NCBI RefSeq assembly: GCF_000497125.1 | Contig: NC_090600.1 | Location: forward strand, 62,001-126,000 | From: Spironucleus salmonicida | Lineage: Eukaryota | Direction of reading: 5' to 3' | DNA: 64,000 bases | Part shown: positions 1-13,480 of the stretch, in pieces | Position numbering within the stretch: the first letter of the stretch is position 1 | Layout of the letters: each line of letters opens with the position of its first letter | Translations under genes and position numbers: made by a program | The notes under the pieces: generated by a model | The model's database searches: none | Seen by the model: the letters and a program-made list of their open reading frames with translations, nothing else | Told to the model about the DNA's origin: nothing

Positions 1-513
1 ATTTCCTAATAATTTATTAGGAAGCGATAGATAGTTGTAAGTAGATAAATCAATAAACAGATTTAAGATTTAGATAGAACCGTTTTTAGTGCAACATATG
101 ATCTATCATTAACTGATTTAGAAATTTAAGCACTTACAAATGGTTTATTAAATTAGATAGTTACTTGCGCAGCAGGATCTTCATAGTTGGTACCCAACTA
201 AGATATTGATATCTCCATGATTGATAACATAGGGATTTATGACTTAACTTCATTTACATCAATAATTTCTCATGACTCGGATGCAGAAAAGAGTTTCACA
301 GAGTCATTGATTGCTAGCAGAACCAGAGAAAAATTATTAATTGGAACACTTACCAGATAATATTCATAATAGTAGTAATAACAATCTTAATTAACAACAT
401 CACAATCTTAAAGTTTATTTTTTAAAATTTTAGACAAGCATCCTGAAATATATGAAAGAATAAACAGCTAGGAATATAGTGAAAGTGATAACTTTTAGAT
501 GGATAATGATTGA
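1..513 (+). CDS. hypothetical protein, 3' part (runs off window start)
   Basis: Open frame in code 6 from base 1 to TGA 511-513 (...SESDNFQMDND*). Confidence 0.7.
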
Positions 514-519
514 AAAACC

Positions 520-903
520 TCATTCAAGATGTGGTGGATACATACCTTTTCCTAAAATAGTTTATACGATCGATCCTGAATTAAATTTAATATCAAGATA
601 TTCAGCCATGACTTCCAGTAAAATAATTACTCCCAAAAAGCATAGCACAATAATCCAAGTAGATGCAGTAAGTTTTAGAATATAATTAAACGGAAAATAT
701 ACATACGTTGAGATTTCATAAAGGGAAAATGAAATAGTAAAAAGTAGACCTACGCATATAAGCATAAATACTTTTGACGCTAGGTTAATGAATTTTAGTT
801 TAAATAAATCTTTAAAAAATTCACCTATTTTATTGAAATAAGCTTCCATATAAAGCTGACCGTCTTCAAGCTATGGCATATTAACATTAACCTTTAAATT
901 CAT
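520..903 (-). CDS. small membrane protein, 127 aa, two hydrophobic segments
   Basis: ATG 903 to TGA 520; VFMLICVGLLFTISFSLY and WIIVLCFLGVIILLEVM. Confidence 0.7.
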
Positions 904-972
904 TATTATTGTTGCTAATGCATATATAAATCATTATATAATATTTATATCATAATATACCATTTCATTTTA

Positions 973-2052
973 ATGCCCTCATTTGACATTAGCGCGTACC
1001 AGCAGAAAACAAAAATTTTTATTGATGAGCGACAAGATACTATCAAAGATATCATAAAAAATTATGGGAAAACATGTTTAATTTTAACTGGAAAAAGCTC
1101 TGCTAAAGTTTCTGGAGCACTAGACAGTTTTATACCTATATTATAAAGTTCATCGATTACATATTCGATTTTTAATGAAATTGAACCTAATCCAACAATT
1201 AATACTGTTGAAAGATGTGTAGAGTGTTATAAATTCAAAAATATCGATTTTATTTTAGCAATAGGTGCAGGATCTGTTTTAGATGCTTCTAAAGCTATAG
1301 CTTTTGGCTTAAGAGGTGCTTAAATTTTTGTTAAATCTGACGTTACTCCAATTAAAATTATAGGTGCCTGCACAGCGTCCGGAACTGGCTCAGAAGTAAC
1401 GCCATACTGCAGGCTCACTGACATAAAGTTATAAACCAAACATGGAATCCCTAATAAGACTTGGCTTGATATCTGCTTTTTCGATTCAAACTGGTAAAAA
1501 ACCATCCCAGAAGAACAATGTATTAGTATGTATATGGACGTTTTAACTCACGCTTGTGAAAGTTCAGTAAGTAATAAAAGAAGTGAAAATCAACTAAGCG
1601 TTAGCTTAAATGCTCTGCAATTACTGAAAGAAGCACGTGGTGAAGAATTTAGATCAACAAAATACTTTAATTTGATGATCAAAGCTGCAATTTTAGGAGG
1701 GATCGCCATTGATATGTCTCCATGCACAATTCCACATGAAATGAGCTATGCGATAACAATTAGATATGGACTTAGCCATGGGTTAGCAGTTGCACAGTTC
1801 GAGTACGCATACTTGAAATTGAAGCAAATTTAGCTTCCAGAAATTGTAGATTAGATTTTTACAAGTTTCGCGGATAATGAAACGGACTTTAAAGATATAA
1901 TATTAAAATATTTGGGCGATAAAAAAGTTTAAGTCAAGGAAACTGATATAGAGTGGATTGCTAGCTATATGATTGAGAACAACAAGCTGATTTTCCATGA
2001 TGGAGAGATTTCTAAGAACGATATCATTGAGATTTTTAAGCAAAGTTAATGA
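973..2052 (+). CDS. iron-containing alcohol dehydrogenase (bacterial type), 359 aa
   Basis: EIEPNPT, DFILAIGAGSVLDASKAIA, TASGTGSEVT; metal ligands in DVLTH, PHEMSY and SHGLA. Confidence 0.92.
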
Positions 2053-2063
2053 AAATTCATATT

Positions 2064-2390
2064 TCACTAATAAAACCAAACGTCAATTTAAGGGATGTCA
2101 TCTGGTTCAGTCCTGAATCTATTAAATTTGTTGGTTAATGTATCTATCTTTTTAATCAGTTTCTTGATTTCGATCTCGTGGAGAAGTATACGAAGCCTCA
2201 CTTACGGAAATGTTTATGGTCGAATTGGGTCCTAATTTATATTTTTAACATACATACTAGTGGTTCTTTATCGAGCTGAGGTACGTACGATTGATGAGTC
2301 ATCTTTTAAATGATGTGATTTAAGCATTTCGCTTGGTAAATCATTCCAAAAATCAGAGGAGTCTGAATAAACTTCTTCCACATTAATCAT
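2064..2390 (-). CDS. hypothetical protein, 108 aa
   Basis: MINVEEVYSDSSDFW...IDVWFYQ*; TTCCAC upstream; stop within TAGTGA. Confidence 0.65.
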
Positions 2391-2412
2391 TAAAGTGGAA
2401 CATATATTAAAA

Positions 2413-3399
2413 TCATTAATATCTGATATTAAATCTTAGTTTTCTAAAAATATTAAAAAACTATAAAAATCCTTTATGTTGATATACTGCCTTTTTATAT
2501 AAAGTAACTCCAACTTTACTTTCTAACATTTCGACTGACTTACCTTCTATTTCTTAAATTCCAGTAAATGAACCAACAAAAAGTTGAATAGTATTATCTA
2601 ACTTTCCTACTGTTAATTCTCCCTCCTTTATTTTAGATACATTACCAAAAATCATTTAATTTTCTGTATCAGTTGTATTCAAATAAATAAAAACAACTTC
2701 AGAGCATATTTTTATTAATGTAGGCATACACAGGAAACAGAAATAACCAAAATTTGCCCACATGTTTATCTGATCCCACGTAATTGAAACCATGAACAAA
2801 AATGATTTTTCCCCAGTTATCTCGGCAATTTATAAGTTAATTTGGCGACCTGCTTATGTAGAAATTTCAAAAGCAGCTAGCAGTGTAAGTAACTTCGATA
2901 ATAACAATAAAAAGTAGATAAAAGTATTAGCATAACCAACATCATTACCTAAATACGTGGTATTAAATCCTTAAATACATTTGTTATATAAGTCTGAGTG
3001 AGTAATTTTATCAGATTTTGTTTCACAAGTCTGACAATACTACTAAATTCCTAAATTTGAAGATGGTTAATCTATTTTTATCGCAAAATTAGGTCTGGTG
3101 AAAAAGTATAAAATCTGAATGCATGCTGTTACTAAAAAGAAATACTTAAACTTAGAAGAATCATAACTAACAGTAAACTATTGGATATTCTCTTACTCAA
3201 AGTAAATTTAAACTCTTTCTAATATAGAGCCTTCAATTAAAACATAATGTTATTTACATAGTTCATACTAAGTAAGGTAAAATGTGGTTGAAATAAAAAA
3301 TTATATCATTGCACCAAGTTTATAAGATTAAAAATATTTAGTTGTAAACTATAAGAATAAAATAGTCAATAAAAATATGCCAATACTGTAAGCTAACAT
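2413..3399 (-). CDS. degenerate DHHC palmitoyltransferase-like membrane protein lacking the DHHC motif, 328 aa
   Basis: Hydrophobic segments flank YCQTC..ITHSDLYNKCIQGFNTTYLGNDVGYAN.FIYFLL; NTTDTE resembles TTxE. Confidence 0.65.
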
Positions 3400-3456
3400 T
3401 TATCGGAAAGAAAAATAAGGATATCTAAATAATATATTAAAATATTATTTATTAAA

Positions 3457-4695
3457 ATGTTGGAGTAACTAAATATTTCAGAAGAATGGGAGTTATCACC
3501 TGCCCATATATTGAGATTCGCAAGAACTGTTGCTGCAAACTTTTAAACAATGTAGACATTTATTTAATAAACATAGCATTCTATTTTAGAGTTAAAGGTA
3601 ACTTCCGACAAGATAAACCACCTTGATAATTAAGCATAAGAAGCATTTTCTTTTGCATAAAAAACAGAGTTTTAAACCACATAATAAATAGGGTATTTAC
3701 AATTGCAGCTTGAGAAGTGTTAAGAATAAATTGCATTAAACGATGATGTTTATAATTAAAAAGTTAAAGAAATTCAGTAATCATCAGACTAGAAGTACGC
3801 ACTATAGTAATAATTATCCATAGAATCTAGAAAGGAATTAGAATCAGTGTTGATAGAGAGATAAAGAGAGATAGATTCCACCAAGGATACATTATTAACT
3901 TCTCAAAATAATGCTAAAGAAATTGGTGATATGTTTTAAACTCAGATTGGTCAATTTTATACTTAGTAGACTATTTATTCGCAGGATTTTGTTAAAGTAT
4001 AGAAAAGAATGTATGAAAACTCAGAAAAAATATAAAAAATGTTTGATTGTATGGATGAAAAAATGTTGAATTTTGAGTAGAATTTTTTTGTGGGTTTAAC
4101 ATAACGTGTGATGGATTGCGAATCTTAAATTTAAAAGGGTGAATATGACAAAGCATAATTAAACTTTTCTATAAGTAAAAGTTCAGAATTAATTGATGTT
4201 CTTAACGTTAAAGCTTAAATTACGGAGACAACAAATACTTCACACCAATCAAATATTTAAGAGCTTCAGTAACATTCACTAGAATTGTTTGAGAAATATA
4301 ACACTAACTTAGAATTACATGAGCTATTAGTTAAAAAAGTAAATATCTTAAGATCGGACTTAATAGATTAAATTGGATTAGAAGTGTAGTCTAGAGAGGC
4401 TGAAGTTGCAGAGGTAGTCTGCAAAACTAACTCACTTATTGATGAAATGGGTGATCTTGAAGATGATTTAACGAGAAAAATTAATTTTTGCAATGATTTT
4501 GTTGTTAATTCAGGATTATAAAAGGAATATAATATGTCTCGGCGATAAGAATATGAAAGTAATCTAGACACAGTTTTTGAAGATGGTTGTTTAGAAGTCG
4601 GATAAATCAAGCTTGTTAAAGCTATAACCCTTAGGATGAGAGAGATAGAGAATAAATTAATGTAAGTTATAGCGAGAACAGGAGGAATTGACTGA
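3457..4695 (+). CDS. coiled-coil hypothetical protein, 412 aa
   Basis: Long Q/E/K-rich frame, ATG 3457 to TGA 4693-4695 (interior spot-checked). Confidence 0.8.
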
Positions 4696-4734
4696 AGTAT
4701 TATTATATTATATCTTTTATTGTATGTCCTAAAA

Positions 4735-5163
4735 ATGAATAGTAGAAAGTTTAAAACTTCACTTTTTAGGGAAAAAAATCTGTATAGCGCATAACGTTTT
4801 GCCTATGAAAATAAGTTAGACTAATTGTTTAATTGGTAAAATACATTACGTTATCACGATAAAAGCTAACATTCAGTATACCAAAGTTAAATTAACTAAA
4901 CACTTACACTAAAAACATTATATCAAATACCAGTTTAACAAAGAGATTAATAAGTAGCTTAGTACAACCAACAGAGATACGATGCAACATGCTAAGCAGT
5001 ACTATAAAGTACACGGACAGGAGGATAATATGACTGTACCGATAGGCACACACTAGGAGTAGACTTAAAGTATATAAATAACAATCATAGACCTCTTGTT
5101 TAATAGATTCCTGATCATAAAATATTTTCAACGCCTATTGAGTTTTTTGAAAGTGAAATGTGA
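4735..5163 (+). CDS. hypothetical protein, 142 aa
   Basis: MNSRKFKTSLFREKNLY...EFFESEM*. Confidence 0.65.
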
Positions 5164-5199
5164 TAAATATATATATTAATATAATCGTACTCTTTTAAA

Positions 5200-6327
5200 A
5201 TGAAAAATTAAATTATTGAAGTTATCAAAGATTCTATCTATTTCTTAATCAAGTCACCTCCAATTCAAGATTCTCATGAATATCACTTTTTTACAGTCAA
5301 CTAACTTCTACCGTACATTCCTGTAGATAAAGAAATCGGACCCCTACCATTAACTTCATCTTTTCAATTTTTCTAAATTTTAGACCAATAACTATAATTT
5401 ACTACCAAAAAATTGGTACTCTACTCATCACCAGAACCTAGTTTCTATTAGAACTCAATTTTGTTACTTTCTACATATCTGTTGCTACACTAAAACTAGT
5501 CTATAAACACTATTTGCTCTATTTTTCACAAATATGAAATTAACTTCTCAGGAACTACTCTACAGCAAATTCTCGCATCGCTTAAAAAAGCAGTTGGCCT
5601 ATAATTCATCAACTTCAATACATTCTAATGGCAATACCAGGCGTTTTACCAATCAATCGAAAACGGCAATGTTAGCGAAATCATACCTAATGGGCTTTTG
5701 GTCTTTCCAGGCCCAATTGATATAAAACATCCAAACTATTATGACCATCCGTTCCACCCAAAATCGTATATTCCATTATTTGAGTCGAAAAATTTAACTG
5801 CCATAATCAGATTAAACTCCTCATAATATAACCGAAACGAGTTTATGAACGCAAATATCCACCATTTCGATCTCATTTTTGAAGATAACTAGCCTCCACC
5901 AGATATGGTTGTAAAGCAGTTTTTTTCGATCTGTCAGCATGAAAAATTCATCGGAATACATTCTTAGAAGTCAATCGGTCGGGCAGCAACACTGGCATGT
6001 TGTTATTTGATTAGAATATTTAGGTTCAAAGCCACCGAGGCTATCGCATATTTACGAATTTTCAGGCCTGGATCGATAAGCCAAAAACAGCAATATTGGC
6101 TCATAAAAAATGAACCCCGTCTACATGATACCACCGATTTTGTGAATACTTTCTAGGCTAAACAGAGCGAAAAAATGGTCAAAGAGGCCCTAAAACCTCA
6201 CGAAAAGGTGCAGGCAATCAGTCCGATGCGTGTGAACGACAGGGTGGGCGAGTTCGTCAATTCACCTGTTAGACAACTTCATGTTAAGGGTTTTAGCAAA
6301 GGGGTCCGGCTTCCAATTATTAAGTGA
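5200..6327 (+). CDS. CDC14: CDC14-family phosphatase homolog, predicted inactive (catalytic Cys replaced by Ser), 375 aa
   Basis: GPLPL, ENGNVSEIIPNGLLVFPGP, IIRLNSSQY, HFDLIFED, IHSQKSIGRAATL, EAIAYLRIFRPGSI. Confidence 0.88.
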
Positions 6328-6652
6328 GTTTATGTGGTAGAGTGAGAGAAAGATTTGAAAGTTTTAATTTTGGATAGTTAATTAGGATTTGGTTGGGGAT
6401 GTAGTTAATTAATTGGATTATACTCTAATATCGATAATAATATGTGTTTAAAGCGAAAAAATGAATATAAAAGTGTGCTAAATTAGAAATAAATTTTTAA
6501 TAACTAAAAACAAATTGAACGTATGAAGTAATCATAAAATTGAATAGTAGCAGCTAATAAGAAAAAATAAAATAGCCTATAATTGAATTATAATGTTAAC
6601 AACATCTAAGATTAAATTATTAATAAATGTGTAATATTGTAAATAGGATGAA

Positions 6653-7330
6653 TCAAATTAAGGAATATACATTAAAATTGATGAGGAATATAATATAATT
6701 AAATATGCAAGGATTGTGAATGAATTTTGGTGATTTAACATATTGTTCGAACAAACTAATAATATCTGTTTTCAACACGAAACAGAGTGAAAAGGTAAGG
6801 AGTATAGCATTGAATGGAAGATTATTTTATTATAATTTATATACTAAGTTAATGACATCAAAATCATCAGAAATATCTGTTAGAAATTAATCAATATTTA
6901 TTTTATCTGAAGAAAATTCTTAGCCATATTCAACAGCGGTGGGAATTCTATCCGGCGCTGTCTCAAAAAGTAGCAGTTCTGAAATGTTTTCATAGTAAGC
7001 TAACAGGGGCTAATGCATGGAATATAGTTCTCTGTTAGAATTTAGGATTAAAAAACGGCCGTCTCTAAGGACAGTACATAGTTGCTTTTCAAATTTAAAG
7101 AAAAATAGAGGAGTCTTTGGTAACTTAAATAAAATAGTCTTAGTTTCAATAGAAATTACCTATTTTTATTTAATCGCAATTAAACTATCAGTATACAAGA
7201 TTTTATTGTGTAATAAGTTATTATCTTAATATAAATTTTATCGTATATCTATTATAAACGATTTATTCTTTTACTTTATTGGCACACTGGTTGTGTGTCT
7301 AATGTTTAAGAAGAATGGTAACGCTTTCAT
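6653..7330 (-). CDS. hypothetical protein, 225 aa
   Basis: Open code-6 frame ATG 7330 to TGA 6653; no motif recognised. Confidence 0.55.
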
Positions 7331-7408
7331 AGAATGTGACTAAAAATAAATTAAATATTTACGTATTGTATATATTATTTATGATATTAGATTCAGTAAA
7401 TCTTAATA

Positions 7409-7993
7409 ATGCCAAATAAAAATTTTCTGAAAATTGAAAATATCGTGATTACCAATTCTGTTCTATAGAATACTAGAAATTTTAATTAAATTATATTCAG
7501 AAACAATAATTTTTCCGGTTCTGAACTTAATTTTGAATAAGAAGTACATTTTTTGGAAATATCTAATAATCTTCTTTAAAATTTCAACTTTACAAAAATT
7601 AGTAATTTACAATAGCTTATTATCAACAACAATAACATTTTATCTTTAAAGTAAATATTACTTCCTAACTCACTGGTTTCTCTAGACTTGTCAAATAATA
7701 ACATTAAGTCATTCGATTTAAGAGAATTAAATAACTTGTAATCATTAAAAATCAATTCAACTTTAATTTCTAATATTAACTAGCTTTTACTCCCTATAAA
7801 CATAGAGAAACTTGAAATGAATAACTGTTTATTAAGTTAGTTATGGATAACACATTACACACCAAATTTACGAAAAATAGTAGCACTAGGGCAAGTAATT
7901 GAGTAAATCGTATGTTTTTAGTAGTGTACAGTATATTTAGATTCCTTAGCAAAAGTTGTTGGTATTTGCAATATTGAAATTTCAAAATAGTGA
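7409..7993 (+). CDS. leucine-rich repeat protein, 194 aa
   Basis: Repeats LQQLIINNNNI, LVSLDLSNNNI, LQSLKINST, IEKLEMNNC; stop in TAGTGA. Confidence 0.85.
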
Positions 7994-8073
7994 ATATTAG
8001 TAGATCAATTTAGGAAAGTGTATTATAAGATTATATTATAATATTGAAATAATAGAATAAAAGTATAAGAAAA

Positions 8074-8259
8074 ATGGGTAGTTGTTTAGATAAGAAATAA
8101 ACTTTATTTGTCAATTAAAAAATAGATGACTAATAACAAATTGAAAGAGAACTCACTAAAAATAATGGTCTAACAAGTTCAATTAATACAATACCTACAT
8201 TATAAATTTTAGACTTTTTAGTATTAGATGACACTATTGTACATTCAAATGAATAATGA
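8074..8259 (+). CDS. small MGSC-type putative acylated protein, 61 aa
   Basis: MGSCLDKKQ...HSNEQ*; AGTGA just downstream. Confidence 0.6.
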
Positions 8260-8410
8260 CTAGTGAGATATAGTTTTTGGATACTGAAGCATCATAAGTA
8301 TACTAAATTTGGTTTTGATTTTTTATTTAACGAATAATTTACCAGTAAAAGTAAGTAGATATTATATAGTAATATTATTAATTATTTTCTTCTCAATCTA
8401 ATCTCAAGAA

Positions 8411-8941
8411 ATGCTTCTTGTCGTTCTGGCTACCTTTTATCGTGAACATGCTGTTATTGGTCGACCAAACTATATAGCCTGCAACTCATCAAGTTAAACA
8501 AATAAATAATATTTAGCTTATCAGGGTACAATTGCCGAACTTAATACAAAAATTATATCTGAAAGTTCGCTGACTCTTACTTCAGCTGTGGCGCCTAATG
8601 TATTTGATCTAAGACCTGCTTTAGGTAATTTTGAAATCTCCAAAGTAGCTGGAATGCAGTAGTGTAGTAGTTCAATAAAGACTGATTGCTATGTTTTAGT
8701 AGATAGCTCTAATATTAGTAATGCTAAGAATACTGCTTGCGCTGAGGCCAATGTACTCATTACTGTAGCTTCGCTTATAAAAGAACCATTATCAGCTGCG
8801 CCAAACATGTTTGCCACTGCAGAGATTTCATCAGGAGTATTCTCAGGTTTAATTCTGATTTTCTACTTCTTCGTTGCTTTCTACCCAGCAGTAACTATTT
8901 AGGAGCCTATTTCGATGCCCAAGGGAGAACATGATCAGTGA
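8411..8941 (+). CDS. type I membrane protein, possible V-ATPase accessory subunit (Ac45/VOA1-like), 176 aa
   Basis: Short hydrophobic N-terminus MLLVVLA; C-terminal FATAEISSGVFSGLILIFYFFVAFYPAVTIQEP; stop in CAGTGA. Confidence 0.6.
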
Positions 8942-8951
8942 GGATTGTAAT

Positions 8952-9305
8952 TCACTACAGAGTCAATAGGCGGAGAGTATTAGCCTACATTATTGAGTCT
9001 CTTGAGGTTTTGTAATTATTTTAAGATTTTTAAACTTCCGGCCTTTATACGCTAGAATTGATAGGAGCATTAGAATGCGATACAAGATGTTCTACTGTTT
9101 CGGCATAACATTGCATCTCCCTTTCATGACGGCTCCAAAGCTCTTCATGAGATTTCTAGATTGCTTTTCTTTAAATTTGTTCTCTTTCTAACATAATTTA
9201 AAGCTTCTCAACTTAAAATTTAAGCACTTCGTTTTCTTTTTCAAGTTTTTTATTGCTTTCACCCGCTGCTTAAACCATGTCTTTCAAAAATGCAACATCC
9301 TGCAT
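8952..9305 (-). CDS. small coiled-coil protein, 117 aa
   Basis: MQDVAFLKDMVQAAGESNKKLEKENEVLK...; stop in TAGTGA. Confidence 0.75.
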
Positions 9306-9355
9306 TAAAATAAATTAAAGCGGAATTAATTAAATCTATATTAAATAAAATAAAA

Positions 9356-10267
9356 TCACGCATTAACAAAAAATATTTCTAGCATTATCTCTTTAAATCT
9401 TTTCAATATAACAAATCCGTTTCCAAAATCCACAGTTCGTCCAGTAAATTGCTAGATAATCTTTTAAACTTTTTCTGAGGGGATTTTATTAGCAGCATGA
9501 ATATCTATTAAATTCCAAAATAGCTAAATTTGGTCTTTATCTTCTAATTCTACACAAATACCACTAGAACTCATATCTACTCTAGCAATCGGCTTTTTAC
9601 ACAATATTTCATAAACCCACTCAGGTGCTTCGTTGATAGCAAGTAAATTTTTTTCAGGTCCTTGTTACCCACCTGGAAGCATAGCCACTAACTCTTTAAT
9701 TCGAATATCTCCTGCCCTCATATTTTAAATTCCTTTATTTATAGCGAAGAAGCAAAACAAAAATGCATTACGAAATTGTTAAAGCTGCTTCAAAAGTTCA
9801 AAAATAGTTTACTGCTAAATCTAAGGAAAAATAGCACACAGAATTCTTGAACTAGATGTTTCTGGAGAAAACGAATAAATCAGCGCTAACAAAGCATCAC
9901 TTAGCATATTAGCCTATGATTCCGTTTAAATTATGGAATATGTTGAAGAAATATCAAGGATAGTTGATTTTGTAAAAAAGTTGTTAGTTTACTGGGCTTT
10001 ATCAGTCGATTAGTTTTCAAGTGTCTTAATAGATTATAATATCTTTTAAGGTTTAGAGCAGTTTAGTGGGTCTATATTTTGAACGAAAATCTCATCAAAA
10101 TTATTTTCAGAAAATGAACTCATTGGTGAGATTTAAGCTGATGCTTGGGTTTCCACAGGAGGTTATTAAATTGGCTCTTATGGTAGTAATTTTGATTATT
10201 TCCTGCTTAATTATCTAGGTTTTTTATCTGAGTGTGTTATTTCGACTGAAGTAGCCCCACATCCCAT
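9356..10267 (-). CDS. MGCG-type putative acylated protein with degenerate EF-hand-like C-terminus, 303 aa
   Basis: MGCGATS...; IQLFWNLIDIHAANKIPSEKV and VDFGNGFVILKRFKEIM. Confidence 0.75.
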
Positions 10268-10938
10268 ATTTGCGGAGAAACGTTTTCATGAAATATTAAT
10301 ATGGTATTGCTATTTACAAAATAAAAATACAAATTATAATTATTAATATATAGTAATAGATTATTTAAATAAAATTAAAGATATACACGTTCAAGTATTT
10401 TGGGTTTACAAACTTTTAAAAATTATAAAAATATTTGATATATTAGATAATAATAAGTTCTGTGTATATATCTAATAGTTAAGTTATAGTTTTTAGAGGT
10501 TGTATTATTAACGATATTTCCTATTAAGCAACGATTATATAAAAATTATATATACTGTTGATTATAATATAATATTTAATTGTTATTATTAAATCTAGAT
10601 ATTCTTTTACGTTTATAAAGATAATATAATTCTTATCATAAATAAACTAAATTAGGAAATATATTTAATTTAACTGACTTAATTATTTATTAACATTATG
10701 ATATATAAACTAATATTAGAAAGTTTGGGAAATAATCAATGTTGATATTAGCATTTTTATTATAACAGATATTAAATCTAATAGACATTTAAATGGCAAA
10801 TGCTAATTAAATATTTTTACTAGCGTTGATAGATTATCTTACTCAAGAAAAACAAATTTCTGAATTCTACAAGAAAATTTAATAATTTAGCGAATTATAT
10901 ATCAATTAAGATATTGTATACAAGTTAAAAAAATTAAA

Positions 10939-11832
10939 TCAGATAAGATCTCTTTTAACCCCAGATATAGGTTAAGTCTTTTTATTTTTTCTCAACAACA
11001 AGATTATTAAGCCTATGACAGCTCCTATGACAACTAATACTGCGATAATAATACCTGCAATTGCCCCTCCACTCATATTATTGGTACTTGGACTAGATCC
11101 ATCTGGAGAGCAGAACCTTCCTACTTTCACATACCCTTAAGCACAATCCAAGCATTAACCAGCATTATTTAATACTAAATTTTACATACAACTTGCACAT
11201 CTGCTATTATCATTTGAACAAGAGGCACAATTTTAAAATCCATTACACAAACATTCAGAGATAAGTCCATCAACGCATTTTTCAGCAACTCCATTATTAC
11301 AATATTAACCATTATTCAAAATACTACACTAAGGCATACATCTTCCATCAATACTAGTTACAAACTCAAACGGGTCACAAGCATTACAGAATTTATTAGA
11401 GGAGCAAACATAACATGCAGAGTCACACTCCTCACACCTACTTGTTTCAATATTGCAATATCCTTTACTGTTATCTTAACATTACTTATTATTGGTGCAA
11501 TTAACAATACATTCTTTTGATGCTTCATCCATTATAAAACCATCCGCACATTTTATACATGAATTCAAATCAGTGCATTAGCCACATCCAAACTAGCAAT
11601 TTGGACAAAAAGGTCCAGTTTTAAACGACCCAGGTAAGCATTTACTGCAAAATCCGTTAATACATTCCTAACAATTTCTAACTGGTCTATTATCCTTACA
11701 ATAACAGCCTTACCCTAGCTTAATATCTTCAGAACATGGTAAGCACGGCACAACATTACGAGATTCAGTTGGGCAATAATATCCTACTTTACAATTTAGT
11801 TAAGTCATACTACATGTACCAGAATCGGTCAT
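10939..11832 (-). CDS. cysteine-rich membrane protein (CRMP1/VSP-like), 297 aa
   Basis: MTDSGTC, many CxxC, TM GGAIAGIIIAVLVVIGAVIGLIILLL, basic tail. Confidence 0.9.
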
Positions 11833-12340
11833 TCTTAAAAATAATTTTATTCTTAATATATCTAATTACTAATAAATTCAGTTATTTATAAATATAAAAC
11901 TACAACTCTAAATAATATTATAATTTATTACGAAAATTAAAAATCTTACTACAATTTACTTATTATCTTCGTTGAATGTATTTAATAATAAAAATAGTTA
12001 GTATCAATACTAGAGTACTAATAATTAAGTCATAAACATTTAGAGAAGTCTAATTTTAATATATGCTATTATTATTCACAATTATGAAATTTTTAATATA
12101 GTTAATCGTTAATAATTTGTATATCATTTATTCATTAATATTATTATTCACTGTTAATCCGGATATATCTATTAAAAGATTAGTCAGTGGAATCTGAATA
12201 ATATTATTATTAAATAGCATTTATATAACGTCTCATATAACCTCTTCTGGTTACATCATTATAAGCTATCATATTTTTATCTAAACTCTATTTTTTAATA
12301 TGATATTGTTATTATATCATATATACTAGCTTTGACGTAA

Positions 12341-13480
12341 ATGAGCATTAATCTAGAAATTCACACAATTATTAACGGAGACCCAGAAGTAATGCAATCC
12401 TTTCATGCATTATAAACTGAGTAACTAGCATCTCTTTAAACCAATTCCTAATCATTAGAATCAGATATTTATCTTCTGAAGGCGCGCAAAAATGTTTATA
12501 ATTATATACGTTAGAAGAAGATATTTATTGCTACTCGCAAATCCAGAGCAATAGAGTTATGTGAATTCCGAGATCCAGCACTCGAAGAAACTGTTAATTT
12601 TGCTTTAGAATTCGATGACGATGACGTTTTTGACGAAAACTTTTTTAGCTAGCAGATGAAACATACAAATTTTAATATTGATGATCTGCTCAAAAATGCA
12701 ATGGATAAGAAGAAAAATTTTATGGCTTAAAAGTAAGCCTAAAAGTCAGATACAGAACTGAACGCAGAATTAAATGTGGTTAAGACAGTTTCTGACACAT
12801 TCTTAGAAGGCATATAACAAAAGCTTAATAATTAAGATGTTTTTAATGCTTGTGTATCTCAATTTGTAGAAATAGCCAACGAAAATAAGCTTTTCTGCCC
12901 TCTAAAAGCTCTTCAAGAAGAAGATGCAGAAATGAATAAATAAATGACCAAGTTGCATCAAGAAATTAATTAACTTCGGTTGGATTTGGTGATGGCTAAA
13001 AATGATGTAGAGATATCAGTTCATAACGCAGATAGAAGTGATACTGTAATGTAACAAATTAACAATCAAATTGATATAATAACGAGGAAAAATGATAAGA
13101 TGAAACTTGAGAAATAATAATATTTTAACGAAACTGTTAAGGATAAAGTAGTTTATAATCGTCCTTGGCGGTGCGATAGTAGGAGAAATTCAGCAGAGTT
13201 AAAAATGTAACATGAATACAAAAGACTATAATTTGTTCTAGGCGATTTTAAGTATAATGTTGGAGAGATAAAATTAAGTATTTAGTAAGTTCTTAGCGAT
13301 AGTGTTTTTAAACTGCACTTCAATTTTAAAGGTGATAGGATGATTAGGTATTTGATAGACAAAACATAATTTTTAGAGTATATATAAAAAATTATTAGGC
13401 TGGATGAAGTAGTGGATAAAATTTTCGACAAATACGCGGATAATGAATAATCACTTAACGTCTTTATAACTGAGAAATGA
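12341..13480 (+). CDS. coiled-coil hypothetical protein, 379 aa
   Basis: ATG 12341 to in-frame TGA 13478-13480 (interior partly checked). Confidence 0.75.
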
